Source of the DNA: Spirochaetia bacterium
Lineage (GTDB): Bacteria > Spirochaetota > Spirochaetia > CADAEX01
DNA: 64,000 bases
Assembly: GCA_963662265.2 (NCBI GenBank)
Contig: CAXXHA010000011.1
Span: 32,001-96,000, forward strand
Reading direction: 5' to 3'
In this document: positions 20,210 to 30,188 of the stretch, piece by piece
Layout of the letters: each line of letters opens with the position of its first letter
Position numbering within the stretch: the first letter of the stretch is position 1
The notes under the pieces: model-generated
Databases searched by the model: none
The model's input: the letters and a program-made list of their open reading frames with translations, nothing else
Told to the model about the DNA's origin: nothing
Made by a program: the position numbers and the translations under genes

Positions 20210-21378
20210 TATTCTATTATAATTCCACCGGTTTCGAAGATATACTTGAAAAACAACTCAATAAGGTTCCTGAGAATGCTCCTGAAATAGATATACAGTG
20301 GTTTGCCCCGGAAGATGAGGGACGTACAGAAGATCCGACTGAGCATAAGATCAGGAAAGCCAGGGAAGAGGGCAAGGTTGCAAAATCACCTGAACTTGCA
20401 CCTGCTCTTGTACTTATTTTCACGATAACCACGATTGCTGTTTTTTCTAAATTTATAATGAGAAATATTCTGGAAATGATGAAATACTTCTTCTCGATTT
20501 CTGCTGAGCTTGATTCAGCCGGTTTTTCAACAATTCTCCCGGTATTTTTAAGCTATTTTCTCAAGGTATTCATACCAATTGCTCTTGTAGCATTTACTGC
20601 TGCCCTGATGGGAAACCTGATGCAGGTGGGAATACTTTTCTCAACAAAGCCTATTACTCCCGACTTCAACAAGATTGCTCCTGATTTTGCCCGTTTTTTC
20701 AAACGTGCGGTTTTTTCTGCAGAAGCAGCATTCAACCTTTTCAAGACACTTGTAAAGGTTGTTATAATTGCGGTTCTTCTTTACCTGAACCTGAGAATAG
20801 AGTCTGACAAGCTGATTCACCTTTCGTCCCAGACACCGCTTGCAGCAATGGGTTTTCTTGCGAAAATTGTTTTCCGCCTTATTGTTGAATCAGGAATTGC
20901 AATGCTTGTTCTTGCTCTTCCCGATTATATGTTCCAGAGAAAGCAGCACAGGGAATCTCTTAAAATGTCAAGGCAGGAAATTAAAGAGGAAATGAAACAA
21001 CTCGAAGGTGATCCACAGGTCAAGAATATGCTTATGGAGAGAATGCGGGAGCTGATGAGCCAGAACATGATTCAGAATGTGCCTCAGGCAGATGTGGTTG
21101 TGACAAATCCAACCCATTATTCTGTCGCAATAAAATATGAAAGGTTTGCAATGGAGGCGCCCCAGGTGACTGCAAAAGGGCAGGATGAGATTGCTTTCAG
21201 GATAAGGGAAGTTGCAAAGGAGAATAATATTCCTGTAATGGAGAATAAGCCTCTGGCACGTGCCCTTTTTGCGGAAGTAAAGGTTGGTGATGAAATACCT
21301 GTACAGTACTGGGAAATGGTTTCAATAGTCCTGTCTGAAGTTTATAAAATCGGGGGGCGTGATATTGAAGCTGTATAG
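20206..21378 (+). CDS. flhB: flagellar export protein FlhB
   Basis: QWFA..RTEDPTEHKIRKAREEG, EGDPQVK, NPTH autocleavage site; ATGA overlap with fliR. Confidence 0.96.
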   Translation: MIFYYNSTGFEDILEKQLNKVPENAPEIDIQWFAPEDEGRTEDPTEHKIRKAREEGKVAKSPELAPALVLIFTITTIAVFSKFIMRNILEMMKYFFSISAELDSAGFSTILPVFLSYFLKVFIPIALVAFTAALMGNLMQVGILFSTKPITPDFNKIAPDFARFFKRAVFSAEAAFNLFKTLVKVVIIAVLLYLNLRIESDKLIHLSSQTPLAAMGFLAKIVFRLIVESGIAMLVLALPDYMFQRKQHRESLKMSRQEIKEEMKQLEGDPQVKNMLMERMRELMSQNMIQNVPQADVVVTNPTHYSVAIKYERFAMEAPQVTAKGQDEIAFRIREVAKENNIPVMENKPLARALFAEVKVGDEIPVQYWEMVSIVLSEVYKIGGRDIEAV

Positions 21379-21511
21379 GAAAAACAGGGATTCATCAATT
21401 AAGATGAATGCTGTACCGGGTAATAATTATATTCAAGGAAGTGGGAACTTTAAGAGGATTAAAAAATGAAAATATTAAATGAAAATATTAAAATCAGGAG
21501 AAGAAGAGTAA

Positions 21512-23593
21512 ATGTCTGATTCCGGCAGCAGTGTAAACAACTCTTTTTTCAGTAACAGAAACGATCTCTTTGTGGCGGCAGGTGTAATCCTTGTTCTTGC
21601 AATGATGCTTATTCCGCTTCCCACATTCCTTCTTGATTCGTTTATGTCATTCAACCTTATGCTGAGTCTTCTTGTAATACTGATTGTCCTGTATTCGAAA
21701 AACACTACAGAATTTTCTATATTTCCGACCCTGCTGCTTGTTTCAACAGTATTCGGACTTGCCCTCAATATATCTTCAACCAGGCTCATACTGTCAAAGG
21801 GAGCAAAATTTGACGGAAAGCTGATCAGGGCATTTTCCAAGTTTGTTGTAGGTACTACAGGTCCGGAAGGTCTTGTTATAGGATTTATTATATTCATAAT
21901 TCTTATTGCGGTACAGTTTATTGTTATTACAAAGGGTGCAACACGAGTTGCGGAAGTCGCAGCCAGGTTTACACTGGACGGGATGGTCCAGAAACAGATG
22001 TCTATTGATGCTGAGCTTGCAAGCGGATCCCTCACAGAGGAGGAGGCGATAAGGAAAAGGAGAAATCTCCAGAAGGAGGTTGATTTCTACTCAGCCATGG
22101 ATGGTGCCTCGAAATTTGTTTCCGGTAATGTAAAGGTCGGGATACTGATTACCGCGATAAATGTAATCGGCGGTATAATTGTCGGGATGATCTACCATAA
22201 TGAACCATTCCAGCTTGCGCTTAACAACTATATTACCCTTACCATCGGGGACGGTCTTGTCACCCAGTTCCCGGCGCTCCTTATTTCTACCGCCACAGGT
22301 ATTATTGTAACAAGGTCAATTTCAGACGGCAGTTTCGGAAGCGATATTTCAGACCAGTTTACAAGAGAGGCAAGAGTCTATTATATAACAGCAGTATTCC
22401 TTGTACTTATTGCGCTTCTTCCTGGATTCCCCTGGTATGTGCTGATTCCAATGGGCGCTGTCATGGCCTATGCAGGATTGAGACTGAGCAGGAAGCAGAC
22501 AGCTGAAGCTGCCGCGGAAATGCAGGCTTCACCTGAAGAACCTTCTGAATCAAAATCATCAGAAATACCCGGCATCGAACCGCTTGATCCTTTATCTCTT
22601 GAACTGGGATACGGTCTTATACCTCTTGTTGACAAGGAGAAAGGGGCTGACCTTCTCGAGCGAATTACCCGTATAAGACGGGAGACTGCTTCTGAACTCG
22701 GACTTGTCGTACCCAAGATAAGGGTCCGTGACAACATGAAACTTGAACCTTCTGAATATAGTTTCAAGATAAAGGGAGTAGATATAAGCAAGGCTGAAAT
22801 CAGGATGAACCATTATCTTGCCATCAATTCCGGAGGTATTGAAGAGGAGCTTCAGGGTGAAAAAACAACAGACCCGGCCTTCGGGCTTCCTGCCCAGTGG
22901 ATCGGGGAGGACCAGAGAGACAAAGCTGAACAGTACGGCTACCTTGTTGTTGATCCGCCATCTATTATTGCGACACATCTCACAGGTATAATAAAGAAGC
23001 ATGCCTCTGAAATACTCGGACGGCAGGAGGTCCAGTCGATCATTGACTCTATGCATGATAAGTATCCGGCAGTAGTGGATGAGGTCAGAAAGGCGCTTAA
23101 TCTCGGTGAAATCCAGAAAGTTCTTCAGAACCTTCTTAAAGAACAGATTTCAATCAGAAATATGGTTGTAATACTTGAGACACTTGGAGATTTTGCTGTA
23201 GTGTCAAAAGATACAGTCTTTCTTACAGAAAAGACACGGCAAGCCCTGGGAAGGCAGATATGTCTCCAGTATGCGGATGAAAACAAAATCCTTAATGTTG
23301 TAACAATAGATCCTGAAATTGAATCACAGATTATTGATTCAAAGGTTGAAACTATAGAGGGATATGTACCTGTCCTTGACAGGGAATTCATGACAGCATT
23401 TGTCAACAGCGTGACAAACGAGATGATGAAGTACAGGGATTTAAACAAATTTATTGTGATACTTTGTTCTGAAGAGGCAAGGCCTCTCATCAAGAAGGCA
23501 ATTGAGAGGGAATTGCCGGCTGTAGCTGTAATTTCAGCAAGGGAGCTGAAAACTGATATTAATTTTGAAATACTTGGGGAGATAACATTTTAG
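21512..23593 (+). CDS. flhA: flagellar export protein FlhA
   Basis: KGATRVAEVAARFTLD, FYSAMDGASKFV, TIGDGLVTQFP, LELGYGLI. Confidence 0.97.
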   Translation: MSDSGSSVNNSFFSNRNDLFVAAGVILVLAMMLIPLPTFLLDSFMSFNLMLSLLVILIVLYSKNTTEFSIFPTLLLVSTVFGLALNISSTRLILSKGAKFDGKLIRAFSKFVVGTTGPEGLVIGFIIFIILIAVQFIVITKGATRVAEVAARFTLDGMVQKQMSIDAELASGSLTEEEAIRKRRNLQKEVDFYSAMDGASKFVSGNVKVGILITAINVIGGIIVGMIYHNEPFQLALNNYITLTIGDGLVTQFPALLISTATGIIVTRSISDGSFGSDISDQFTREARVYYITAVFLVLIALLPGFPWYVLIPMGAVMAYAGLRLSRKQTAEAAAEMQASPEEPSESKSSEIPGIEPLDPLSLELGYGLIPLVDKEKGADLLERITRIRRETASELGLVVPKIRVRDNMKLEPSEYSFKIKGVDISKAEIRMNHYLAINSGGIEEELQGEKTTDPAFGLPAQWIGEDQRDKAEQYGYLVVDPPSIIATHLTGIIKKHASEILGRQEVQSIIDSMHDKYPAVVDEVRKALNLGEIQKVLQNLLKEQISIRNMVVILETLGDFAVVSKDTVFLTEKTRQALGRQICLQYADENKILNVVTIDPEIESQIIDSKVETIEGYVPVLDREFMTAFVNSVTNEMMKYRDLNKFIVILCSEEARPLIKKAIERELPAVAVISARELKTDINFEILGEITF

Positions 23594-23704
23594 AATTTTT
23601 AAAGTCAGTAATCCATGAATTATCAAATGGATTGACCGGCTGAATGAAAACCGGAAAAGGGATTATAAGGTTTTTTTAAAAGTTTAAAAAAAACAGGTGC
23701 GTAT

Positions 23705-24838
23705 ATGAATTATTTTACTGAACAGGGACTGACATTCCAGGAAGCTATCTCAAAGGCAAAGAGTAAATACGGAAATGATATTAAGATAATGAGTCATAAG
23801 AGTATCCTTTTAGGCGGTTTTCTGGGAATGTTCAGAAAAGAGGGGGTCCAGATTGAGGGGTACATATCCCAGGATCCTTACAGGAAAAAAACTGTAAAAC
23901 TTGAAGAGGAGAAGGAAAAACTTCTTCAGGCTGCAGGGGCAAGAGGCGGCAGCACATTGAACGAACTGATGAAGGCTGTCAATGATATAAAGACAAAACT
24001 GGATGAAGGACCCTTGTCTTCCGACGAGCCGCACCCTACAATAACAAAAATTGAAAAGCTTCTCGAGAAAAATGATTTTTCAGCATCATATATCAGGGAC
24101 ATTATAGAAAAAATAAAGAAAAATGTTTCTCTTGAGGAGCTTGATAACTTCAATCTTGTTCTCAGGAAGGTCAGGGGATTTATAAAGGAAACAATCCAGA
24201 TTTATCCTGACAGCCCCCCGCTTACAACACCGAGGATTTTTATCCTTGTGGGACCTACAGGTGTCGGTAAGACAACAACAATTGCAAAGCTTGCCGCAAT
24301 TAATTCACTCGGAATAAATACAAAACCGCTTTCTGTAAGGATAATAACAATAGATACATTCAGGATCGGTGCCAAGAAACAGATAGAAACATACGGTGAG
24401 ATAATGAGTGTCCCTGTTGTCAGTGCGGAAAATTATGACCAGCTGAGAAAATATATTGCACTTTACAGTGAAAATGTTGACCTTATTCTGGTTGATACTA
24501 TCGGCAAGAGCCCGAAAGACTATAAAAACCTTGCAGAAATGAAAGAAATGCTTGATGCATGCGGAACTACAGCAGAAGCGCACCTGGCTGTGAGTTCAAC
24601 AACGAAAGTTTCTGATATCAATGAAATAATGCAGCAGTTTGAATCATTTAAATACAACTCTGTTATAATTACGAAGCTGGATGAAACAAGATGTTCAGGA
24701 AATCTCATAAGTGCATTGAGCGATAAGCATAAACCTGTTTCATTTATAACTACAGGTCAGAAAGTACCTCATGATATAAAATATGCTACCGAGGAAATTC
24801 TGATGGATAATCTTGGTGAACTTAACATTGTTAAATAA
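23705..24838 (+). CDS. flhF: SRP-family GTPase FlhF
   Basis: [35 protein letters not shown]. Confidence 0.95.
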   Translation: MNYFTEQGLTFQEAISKAKSKYGNDIKIMSHKSILLGGFLGMFRKEGVQIEGYISQDPYRKKTVKLEEEKEKLLQAAGARGGSTLNELMKAVNDIKTKLDEGPLSSDEPHPTITKIEKLLEKNDFSASYIRDIIEKIKKNVSLEELDNFNLVLRKVRGFIKETIQIYPDSPPLTTPRIFILVGPTGVGKTTTIAKLAAINSLGINTKPLSVRIITIDTFRIGAKKQIETYGEIMSVPVVSAENYDQLRKYIALYSENVDLILVDTIGKSPKDYKNLAEMKEMLDACGTTAEAHLAVSSTTKVSDINEIMQQFESFKYNSVIITKLDETRCSGNLISALSDKHKPVSFITTGQKVPHDIKYATEEILMDNLGELNIVK

Positions 24839-24859
24839 ACAGGAAGCATTGGAGAGAGT

Positions 24860-25732
24860 ATGATAGATCAGGCTGAAAATTTAAGAAAGATGGTTGAAGA
24901 AAAAAGCGGAGATTCAGAGCATTCTGAAAAGAAGACAAGGATTATTACTGTATCAAGCGGTAAAGGGGGAGTCGGCAAGACCAACCTCTCAATAAACCTG
25001 GCTATTGCATATTCCATGCTTGGTAAGAATGTTGTAGTCCTTGATGCAGACCTGGGGCTTGCAAATGTCAATGTAATTCTCGGGATTATTCCTGAATATA
25101 ACCTCTTCAACCTGATAAAAAAACAGAAGAAGATGAAAGATATCCTTATAAATACGGGATACGGCATAAATATAATTGCAGGGGCATCAGGATTTTCGAA
25201 AATCGCAAATCTTGAAGATGATGAAAGGCATTCTTTCATCGATGAAATGAGAGAGCTTTCATTTGCAGATATAATAATTATTGATACAAGCGCGGGTGTA
25301 TCAAACAATGTGCTTTCATTTATTGCGGCGGCTGATGATGCTGTTATTGTAACAACACCTGAACCTACTGCAATTACAGATGCCTATGGTATAATAAAAA
25401 TTATTGCGACTGAATTTGATAACCCTGATATGAGCATCAAGCTGATTGTAAACAGGGTTAAATCAGTTACAGAAGGGAAAAAAGTTGCCCAGAGAGTTGT
25501 GAACATAGCTGGACAGTTTCTCAATATAAAAGTTGATTATCTCGGTTATGTATATGATGATTCAGTTGTTCAGAATGCTGTTATCAGGCAGAAACCGTTT
25601 GTTGTTACAGAACCGAAAAGCAAGGCTGCAATCTGCGTAAAGCATATTGTAAGCCGCCTTGAAAACATTGAATATAAAGAGGGGGGCGGCCTGGGGACCT
25701 TTCTTAAAAAGATGTTCAGGAATATTGATTAG
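24860..25732 (+). CDS. flhG: MinD-like ATPase FlhG/FleN
   Basis: DQAENLR, SGKGGVGKT, DADLGLAN, TPEPTAITDAY. Confidence 0.93.
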   Translation: MIDQAENLRKMVEEKSGDSEHSEKKTRIITVSSGKGGVGKTNLSINLAIAYSMLGKNVVVLDADLGLANVNVILGIIPEYNLFNLIKKQKKMKDILINTGYGINIIAGASGFSKIANLEDDERHSFIDEMRELSFADIIIIDTSAGVSNNVLSFIAAADDAVIVTTPEPTAITDAYGIIKIIATEFDNPDMSIKLIVNRVKSVTEGKKVAQRVVNIAGQFLNIKVDYLGYVYDDSVVQNAVIRQKPFVVTEPKSKAAICVKHIVSRLENIEYKEGGGLGTFLKKMFRNID

Positions 25733-25744
25733 CAGACAATGTGC

Positions 25745-25773
25745 TTGACTGCTGTAAATTTTTAAAATACTCT
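25745..25773 (+). promoter_or_regulatory. sigma70-type promoter for the orf-fliA-fapA unit
   Basis: TTGACT-N17-TACTCT, then GAGG RBS and TTG start. Confidence 0.5.
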
Positions 25774-25790
25774 TAATAATGAGGTAGGAA

Positions 25791-26399
25791 TTGTTAAAGA
25801 TTAAAAGTATTTTATTTGTTGCAGGAACAGGATTTATTTTTTCGTTCCTGTCAGGACTGTTTAGCGGGAATCCTTTGACTGTTATACTCTTCAGATCAAT
25901 AATCAGCAGTGTATTTTTCACTGTTATTGTTACTGCGTCAGTATTTGTAATAAAAAAAGCAATACCTGAACTTGACAGCCTTTTTCAAAACAGCGGGGAG
26001 GATACTGCTGACAGTAGCCCCGGCGGGAATGTGGATATTGTTATAGAAGATGAAAGTCCCTATACTCCTGTAGCAGCTGATGAAGATACACATGTCAGTG
26101 CCGAGGAGGAAAAGCTTCTTCAGAAGGATTTTATCGAGGAAGTTGAAGAGGAAAGTATTGATGATATAAGTGTGCTTGATCAGGCTGAAGATTCTGATGA
26201 AGTTGTAGAAGTTATGGATGACAGCATGGACAGCAATGCGCTTCCTGAACTGGATGGAAATGTTTCATTTGTCTCAGGATCAAATGAAAGTTCCATTGAA
26301 GGCGATAATGATGCAATTAATAAGCTTGGCGGAAATACAGATCCGGGAACAATGGCAAAAGCTATAAAAACTATACTAAAAAAAGACCAGAAAGGATGA
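25791..26399 (+). CDS. hypothetical membrane protein upstream of fliA (2 TM, acidic linker)
   Basis: Two N-terminal hydrophobic helices, D/E-rich middle region, C-terminal DPGTMAKAIKTILKKD. Confidence 0.8.
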   Translation: MLKIKSILFVAGTGFIFSFLSGLFSGNPLTVILFRSIISSVFFTVIVTASVFVIKKAIPELDSLFQNSGEDTADSSPGGNVDIVIEDESPYTPVAADEDTHVSAEEEKLLQKDFIEEVEEESIDDISVLDQAEDSDEVVEVMDDSMDSNALPELDGNVSFVSGSNESSIEGDNDAINKLGGNTDPGTMAKAIKTILKKDQKG

Positions 26400-26404
26400 T
26401 ATAA

Positions 26405-27193
26405 ATGACCGAGAAAAAAAATGTTGAACATGAAGAACAGGAACTCTGGATCAAATATAAAAGTAAAAAAGATCCTGAAATAAGAAATTATTTTGTACGG
26501 CAGTATGCTCCTCTGGTAAAATATGTTGCAGGTAAAGTAGCTGTAGGAATGCCTCATAATGTGGAGTTTGATGATCTTGTAGGATTCGGAGTATTCGGTC
26601 TGTTTGATGCAATAGAAAAATATGATCCTGAAAAGCATGTTAAATTCAAAACCTATGCAGTAACAAGAATCCGCGGTGCTATATATGATGAACTGAGGTC
26701 TATAGACTGGGTACCCCGTTCAGTGCGGCAGAAAACAAAGGAAATAGAAGAAACAATACACTCACTTGAAGCCCAGCTGGGAAGATCTGCTTCCGATATG
26801 GAAATTGCCGAAAAAATGGGTGTTTCAATAAAAGATCTTCACAAGACAATGCAGAAAATATCATCCTCTTCGATAATATCGTTAAATGATTTATGGTATT
26901 CAGGCGAGGATAATGACAAGGTTGCTATTGTCGATAGTATAGAATCTCCTTCTAGTCTTAATCCGGATACAATTGTTGAGAAAGATGAAATAAAAAGGGT
27001 AATAGTTCAGGCTATAAGCGAGCTGCCTGACAAGGAGAAAAAAGTCCTTGTTCTCTATTATTACGAAGACCTCACACTCAAGGAAATAGGAAAAGTTCTG
27101 GAGGTTACTGAATCGAGAATTTCACAGCTCCATACAAAAGCTATTATGAGACTCAGGTCTAAACTGACAAGTTTAAAGAAAGGGATAATGTAA
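26405..27193 (+). CDS. fliA: flagellar sigma factor FliA/WhiG (sigma28)
   Basis: [28 protein letters not shown] and [21 protein letters not shown]. Confidence 0.96.
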   Translation: MTEKKNVEHEEQELWIKYKSKKDPEIRNYFVRQYAPLVKYVAGKVAVGMPHNVEFDDLVGFGVFGLFDAIEKYDPEKHVKFKTYAVTRIRGAIYDELRSIDWVPRSVRQKTKEIEETIHSLEAQLGRSASDMEIAEKMGVSIKDLHKTMQKISSSSIISLNDLWYSGEDNDKVAIVDSIESPSSLNPDTIVEKDEIKRVIVQAISELPDKEKKVLVLYYYEDLTLKEIGKVLEVTESRISQLHTKAIMRLRSKLTSLKKGIM

Positions 27194-27195
27194 TA

Positions 27196-29145
27196 ATGAA
27201 AGAAGTTTTGGACCTTCCTGAATTCAGAACATACATGAAAGAGCTTGCTGAAAAGGACAGGCAGATAAAGTCTGTACAGATAAATGCTCCTTCACTGGAA
27301 GAAGGTCTGAAAGAAGCTGCCATAGAGCTCCAGGTTTCCGAAAAAAAACTTGAATATGAAATAATTGTAAAAGGTTCAAAAGGATTTCTGGGATTCGGGA
27401 AAAAAGACTATAATCTGGTAGTTTACAAGATTGAGGATGAAGAGGAAAAATCTGATTTTCTTGACAACCTCGGCGTTGATGAATTTGTTGAAGATGAAAA
27501 AATTCAGGACAGGGACAGTGAGATAATTATTTCTCTTTTTAAAGGGGATGTTTTCATGAAGGTAACACCTCCTGTCGGAAATGGTATCAAAGCTTCGGCA
27601 GATGAGGCAATTGCAAAACTAAAAGAACGCTCTGTAAGCAACTATAATCCGGGTCTTATATCAAAAGTGATAAAGCTTGCTGATAATATGCAGGTGAATA
27701 TCGGTTCATATATACATAATCCTGCAAATGATTCCATACTTTCCCTTAAAATTGAAGAAAGCGATATGAAAGCATATGTTGTTTTCTCTCCTCCCGGTCC
27801 AGGCGGCAGTGATATAATAAAAGACACTCTGCTGTCATTTTTAAAGAATAATTCTGTCATTTACGGTGTCGATGAAGAGAGGATCGAGGATATTCTGGAC
27901 CATCCTTTCTATAATGAGCCGGTTCTGGTTGCAGAGGGATCTCCTCCTGTAAACGGAAAAGATGCTGTAATAAAATATAATTTCAATACTGAAGTTGTTC
28001 CCTCTTTCATGCGTGAGAAGGGGGGCAAGATAGATTTCAAGGACAAGAACCTTGTTCAGAATGTTGTTGCAGGACAGATACTTGCGGAAAAAATACCTGC
28101 TGAAAAAGGGGTAAAAGGGCGGACTGTTACAGGAAAACCTCTTGAAGCAAGAAACGGTTCAGATGTTGAACTTAAGATCGGCAACAATGTGGAACTTTCA
28201 AAAGACGGGTTGAAAGTCACTGCAGAGTGCAACGGCCAGGTCATGATGCTGAATGACAAGATTACAGTTGAAAATGTCTATGTAGTTGATGGTGATGTTA
28301 ACCTTACAACAGGAAATATCCATTTTCTCGGTACAGTAATTGTAAAGGGAAGTGTTGAAGACGGATTCTCGATAAAAGCTACCGGCAATATCGAGGTAAT
28401 GGGGAATGTCGGTAAATGTAATCTTGATGCTGTGGGTCATGTAATTGTTCACCAGGGTATCAACTGCAAGGAAGGCGGACTTGTTAAAGCGGGCAAGGGT
28501 GTTGTCGCGAAATTCATACAGAATTCAAATGTTGAGGCTGATGAAATTGTTCTGGTCAGTGACGGTATAATAAATTCATTTGTTGATTCAAATAACAAGA
28601 TTATCTGCCGTGGTAAGAGAGCGACTATTGTAGGCGGCAGAATCAGGGCAACAGAAGAAATATCTGCAAAAACATTCGGTTCACTTGCAGTGGGACAGAC
28701 AGACCTTGAAGTAGGCTTTGATCCGAGAAGCAAGGCAAGGCTTCTGGAACTTGAACAGAAGAAGCATGAAGTTGAAAAGGAAACTGATGATATTGACAGG
28801 AACCTTGTGACTCTTGAAAACATGAAAAAGAAAATGAGGGGTAAATTCCCTGAAGACAAGGAAAAAATGCTTGAATCGTTCAATACCAAGATGATGGAAC
28901 TTAAAGCTGACATGGAAGAAATTGAAAATGAAACCGAAGAAATCCATAAATACCTGCAGTCGCTCAAGCATGTAGGCCGCGTATCAGCAGCCGGAACAGT
29001 ATATCCGGGTGTAAAAATAACTATCAGGGATGCACACCTTGATGTGAAAAATGAACTCAAGAGAATTACTTTTGTAAATGAGGAATCTGTAATTAAGACA
29101 AAGAAGTATGAAGAGCCTGAAGAAGAATCCTTGGAAGAAGAATGA
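27196..29145 (+). CDS. FapA (DUF342) family protein with N-terminal Jag_N-like domain
   Basis: PPVNGKDA, VVAGQILAEK, VDGDVNLTTGNIHF beta-solenoid, VYPGV; N-terminal EEGLKEAAIELQV..KGSKGFLGFGKK. Confidence 0.85.
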   Translation: MKEVLDLPEFRTYMKELAEKDRQIKSVQINAPSLEEGLKEAAIELQVSEKKLEYEIIVKGSKGFLGFGKKDYNLVVYKIEDEEEKSDFLDNLGVDEFVEDEKIQDRDSEIIISLFKGDVFMKVTPPVGNGIKASADEAIAKLKERSVSNYNPGLISKVIKLADNMQVNIGSYIHNPANDSILSLKIEESDMKAYVVFSPPGPGGSDIIKDTLLSFLKNNSVIYGVDEERIEDILDHPFYNEPVLVAEGSPPVNGKDAVIKYNFNTEVVPSFMREKGGKIDFKDKNLVQNVVAGQILAEKIPAEKGVKGRTVTGKPLEARNGSDVELKIGNNVELSKDGLKVTAECNGQVMMLNDKITVENVYVVDGDVNLTTGNIHFLGTVIVKGSVEDGFSIKATGNIEVMGNVGKCNLDAVGHVIVHQGINCKEGGLVKAGKGVVAKFIQNSNVEADEIVLVSDGIINSFVDSNNKIICRGKRATIVGGRIRATEEISAKTFGSLAVGQTDLEVGFDPRSKARLLELEQKKHEVEKETDDIDRNLVTLENMKKKMRGKFPEDKEKMLESFNTKMMELKADMEEIENETEEIHKYLQSLKHVGRVSAAGTVYPGVKITIRDAHLDVKNELKRITFVNEESVIKTKKYEEPEEESLEEE

Positions 29146-29286
29146 TAAATACCTGTCATTCATGGCAGAGGCTTCCTGATAAGGAAGTGCTCGATAGCGC
29201 TTAAGAATAAATGATAAAACCTGTTTTATCATTGTAAAAAGAGACTATCCTATAGGAACGTTTTCTAAAGCGCTGAAGGAGGAATA

Positions 29287-29619
29287 ATGCCTATACAGCC
29301 TATTGATCTGCAGACATTGTTTGTGAAAATGAATCAGGTCGGCAGGGAGCAGGCAGCTATAAAAAACAGCGCTGTTGTGCAGCAGGAAATACAGGGAAGT
29401 GAAATTGTAAAAAAGCATCAGCATGATGATAAAAGTGTTCACCGTGCGGAAACTCCTGAATCTGGATCGGAAAAAGTCAGGGAAGACGGGCGTCACGGCA
29501 ACACTCAACAGCAGAAAAAAAGGATGAAATCTGAACAGGAAGAGGAAAATAAAGCTGCTCCTGAAAAGGAAATCTTAAGCGATCCTGACCTTGGCAATAA
29601 AATTGATTTCAGCGGATAA
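29287..29619 (+). CDS. conserved hypothetical flagellar-cluster protein
   Basis: AAGGAGG RBS; MPIQPIDLQ N-terminus and LGNKIDF C-terminus typical of the small gene after fapA. Confidence 0.75.
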   Translation: MPIQPIDLQTLFVKMNQVGREQAAIKNSAVVQQEIQGSEIVKKHQHDDKSVHRAETPESGSEKVREDGRHGNTQQQKKRMKSEQEEENKAAPEKEILSDPDLGNKIDFSG

Positions 29620-29624
29620 CTTAA

Positions 29625-30179
29625 ATGTCTATAGTCGTAAATATTATTATAAATCTGATTTTTTTATTTTTTATTTATCATTATTTGAAGTGGAATTTCC
29701 TGAAAAAGGGAAACAGTGATGATAAAACCAGCTTTGAAAAAGAAGCTGAAAGCCTGATAATTGAGATAAACCGGACAACTGAAAGAAATCTCCAGCTTAT
29801 TGAAGCTAAAATAGAACAGCTTAAAGATGCTGTCAGAGATGCTGACCGGGTTGTTTCGGTAATAAACCGGGAAAAATCAGGCAGCAAGGATGAAAGCGAA
29901 ATATACCGCAAGCTTGAAAGCCGAAGTTTTTATGAAAATGTACCGAAAGCTGACAGCGATATAATAAAAGTTGAATTGCCCCGGGAAAAAGCAATTATCA
30001 ATACAACTGAGGATGAAAATGCCGATAATATTATCAGCAGCAAAGAATCAGATATCAGGAAAAAGGCAGTTAAAATGTACCGTAACGGTATTGAAATTGA
30101 GCTGATATCAAGGAATCTGAATATACCGACCGGTGAAATTGAGCTGATGATATCGCTTGATAAAGCAGGCAGAGATTAA
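29625..30179 (+). CDS. DUF6115/DUF2802-like membrane-anchored protein
   Basis: N-terminal TM, IIEINRTTERNLQLIE coiled coil, C-terminal ISRNLNIPTGEIELMI. Confidence 0.7.
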   Translation: MSIVVNIIINLIFLFFIYHYLKWNFLKKGNSDDKTSFEKEAESLIIEINRTTERNLQLIEAKIEQLKDAVRDADRVVSVINREKSGSKDESEIYRKLESRSFYENVPKADSDIIKVELPREKAIINTTEDENADNIISSKESDIRKKAVKMYRNGIEIELISRNLNIPTGEIELMISLDKAGRD

Positions 30180-30188
30180 GGAAGCAGA

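Noticed and set aside
21465-21490. 13-bp direct duplication AATGAAAATATTA before flhA
   Set aside because: Only two copies in AT-rich DNA; probably slippage with no functional evidence.
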